A DNA stretch of 64,000 nucleotides from Mytilus trossulus (lineage: Eukaryota), in the NCBI RefSeq assembly GCF_036588685.1, contig NC_086373.1, positions 90,458,001-90,522,000 of the forward strand. The letters run 5' to 3'. Below, piece by piece: positions 63,744-64,000 of the stretch (position 1 is the first letter of the stretch; each line of letters opens with the position of its first letter). The notes beneath the pieces were generated by a model. The model ran no database searches. It was not told where the DNA came from and worked only from the letters and a program-made list of their open reading frames with translations. A program made the translations under genes and the position numbers.

Positions 63744-64000
63744 TTTTCATTTTTGTTCGACAAAGGACAGAGCCAATCTTTTTACTTTCTAGATATAAAA
63801 ATTTATAAATATAAATAACCCACCACATTATTAGTGCTATTTAAAATGTAACTAATAATATTATAACATATTTTAAAGAATTATTTTCATTTTTGTTGAC
63901 AAAGGACAGAGCCAATCTTTTTACTTTCTAGATATAAAAATTTATAAATATAAATAACCCACCACATTATTAGTGCTATTTAAAATGTAACTAATAATAT
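63744..64000. repeat. Near-identical ~139-bp tandem duplication running off the window end
   Basis: CAAAGGACAGAGCCAATC at 63761 and 63900. Confidence 0.9.

Overview
AT-rich, intron-containing eukaryotic DNA. The repeat families suggest a bivalve mollusc, probably a Mytilus-type mussel (inference from recalled repeat families). Four protein-coding genes can be built by hand with GT-AG junctions and consistent phase: (1) the first 7 exons of LRRC40 (minus strand, runs off the left edge); (2) a KLF10/KLF11 (TIEG/cabut)-type zinc-finger gene (plus strand, 369 aa); (3) a 275-aa LRR-only gene with one coding exon (minus strand); (4) a 3-exon, 459-aa gene with a signal peptide, two DUF442/TIGR01244-like (sulfurtransferase/phosphatase-fold) domains and a C-terminal KTEL, i.e. 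a candidate ER-luminal enzyme of a mostly prokaryotic family. Much of the rest is mobile DNA: a full-length RTE LINE with a perfect 15-bp target-site duplication (TSD) and an HDV-like ribozyme at its 5' end, an RTEX-like 3' fragment, Penelope-like fragments, a minimal type I hammerhead ribozyme, several Helentron-associated (HINE-type) elements with tandem arrays (one with a 332-bp dimeric higher-order repeat), MITEs and foldback palindromes. All coordinates were read by eye; repeat boundaries are approximate and no database search was run.
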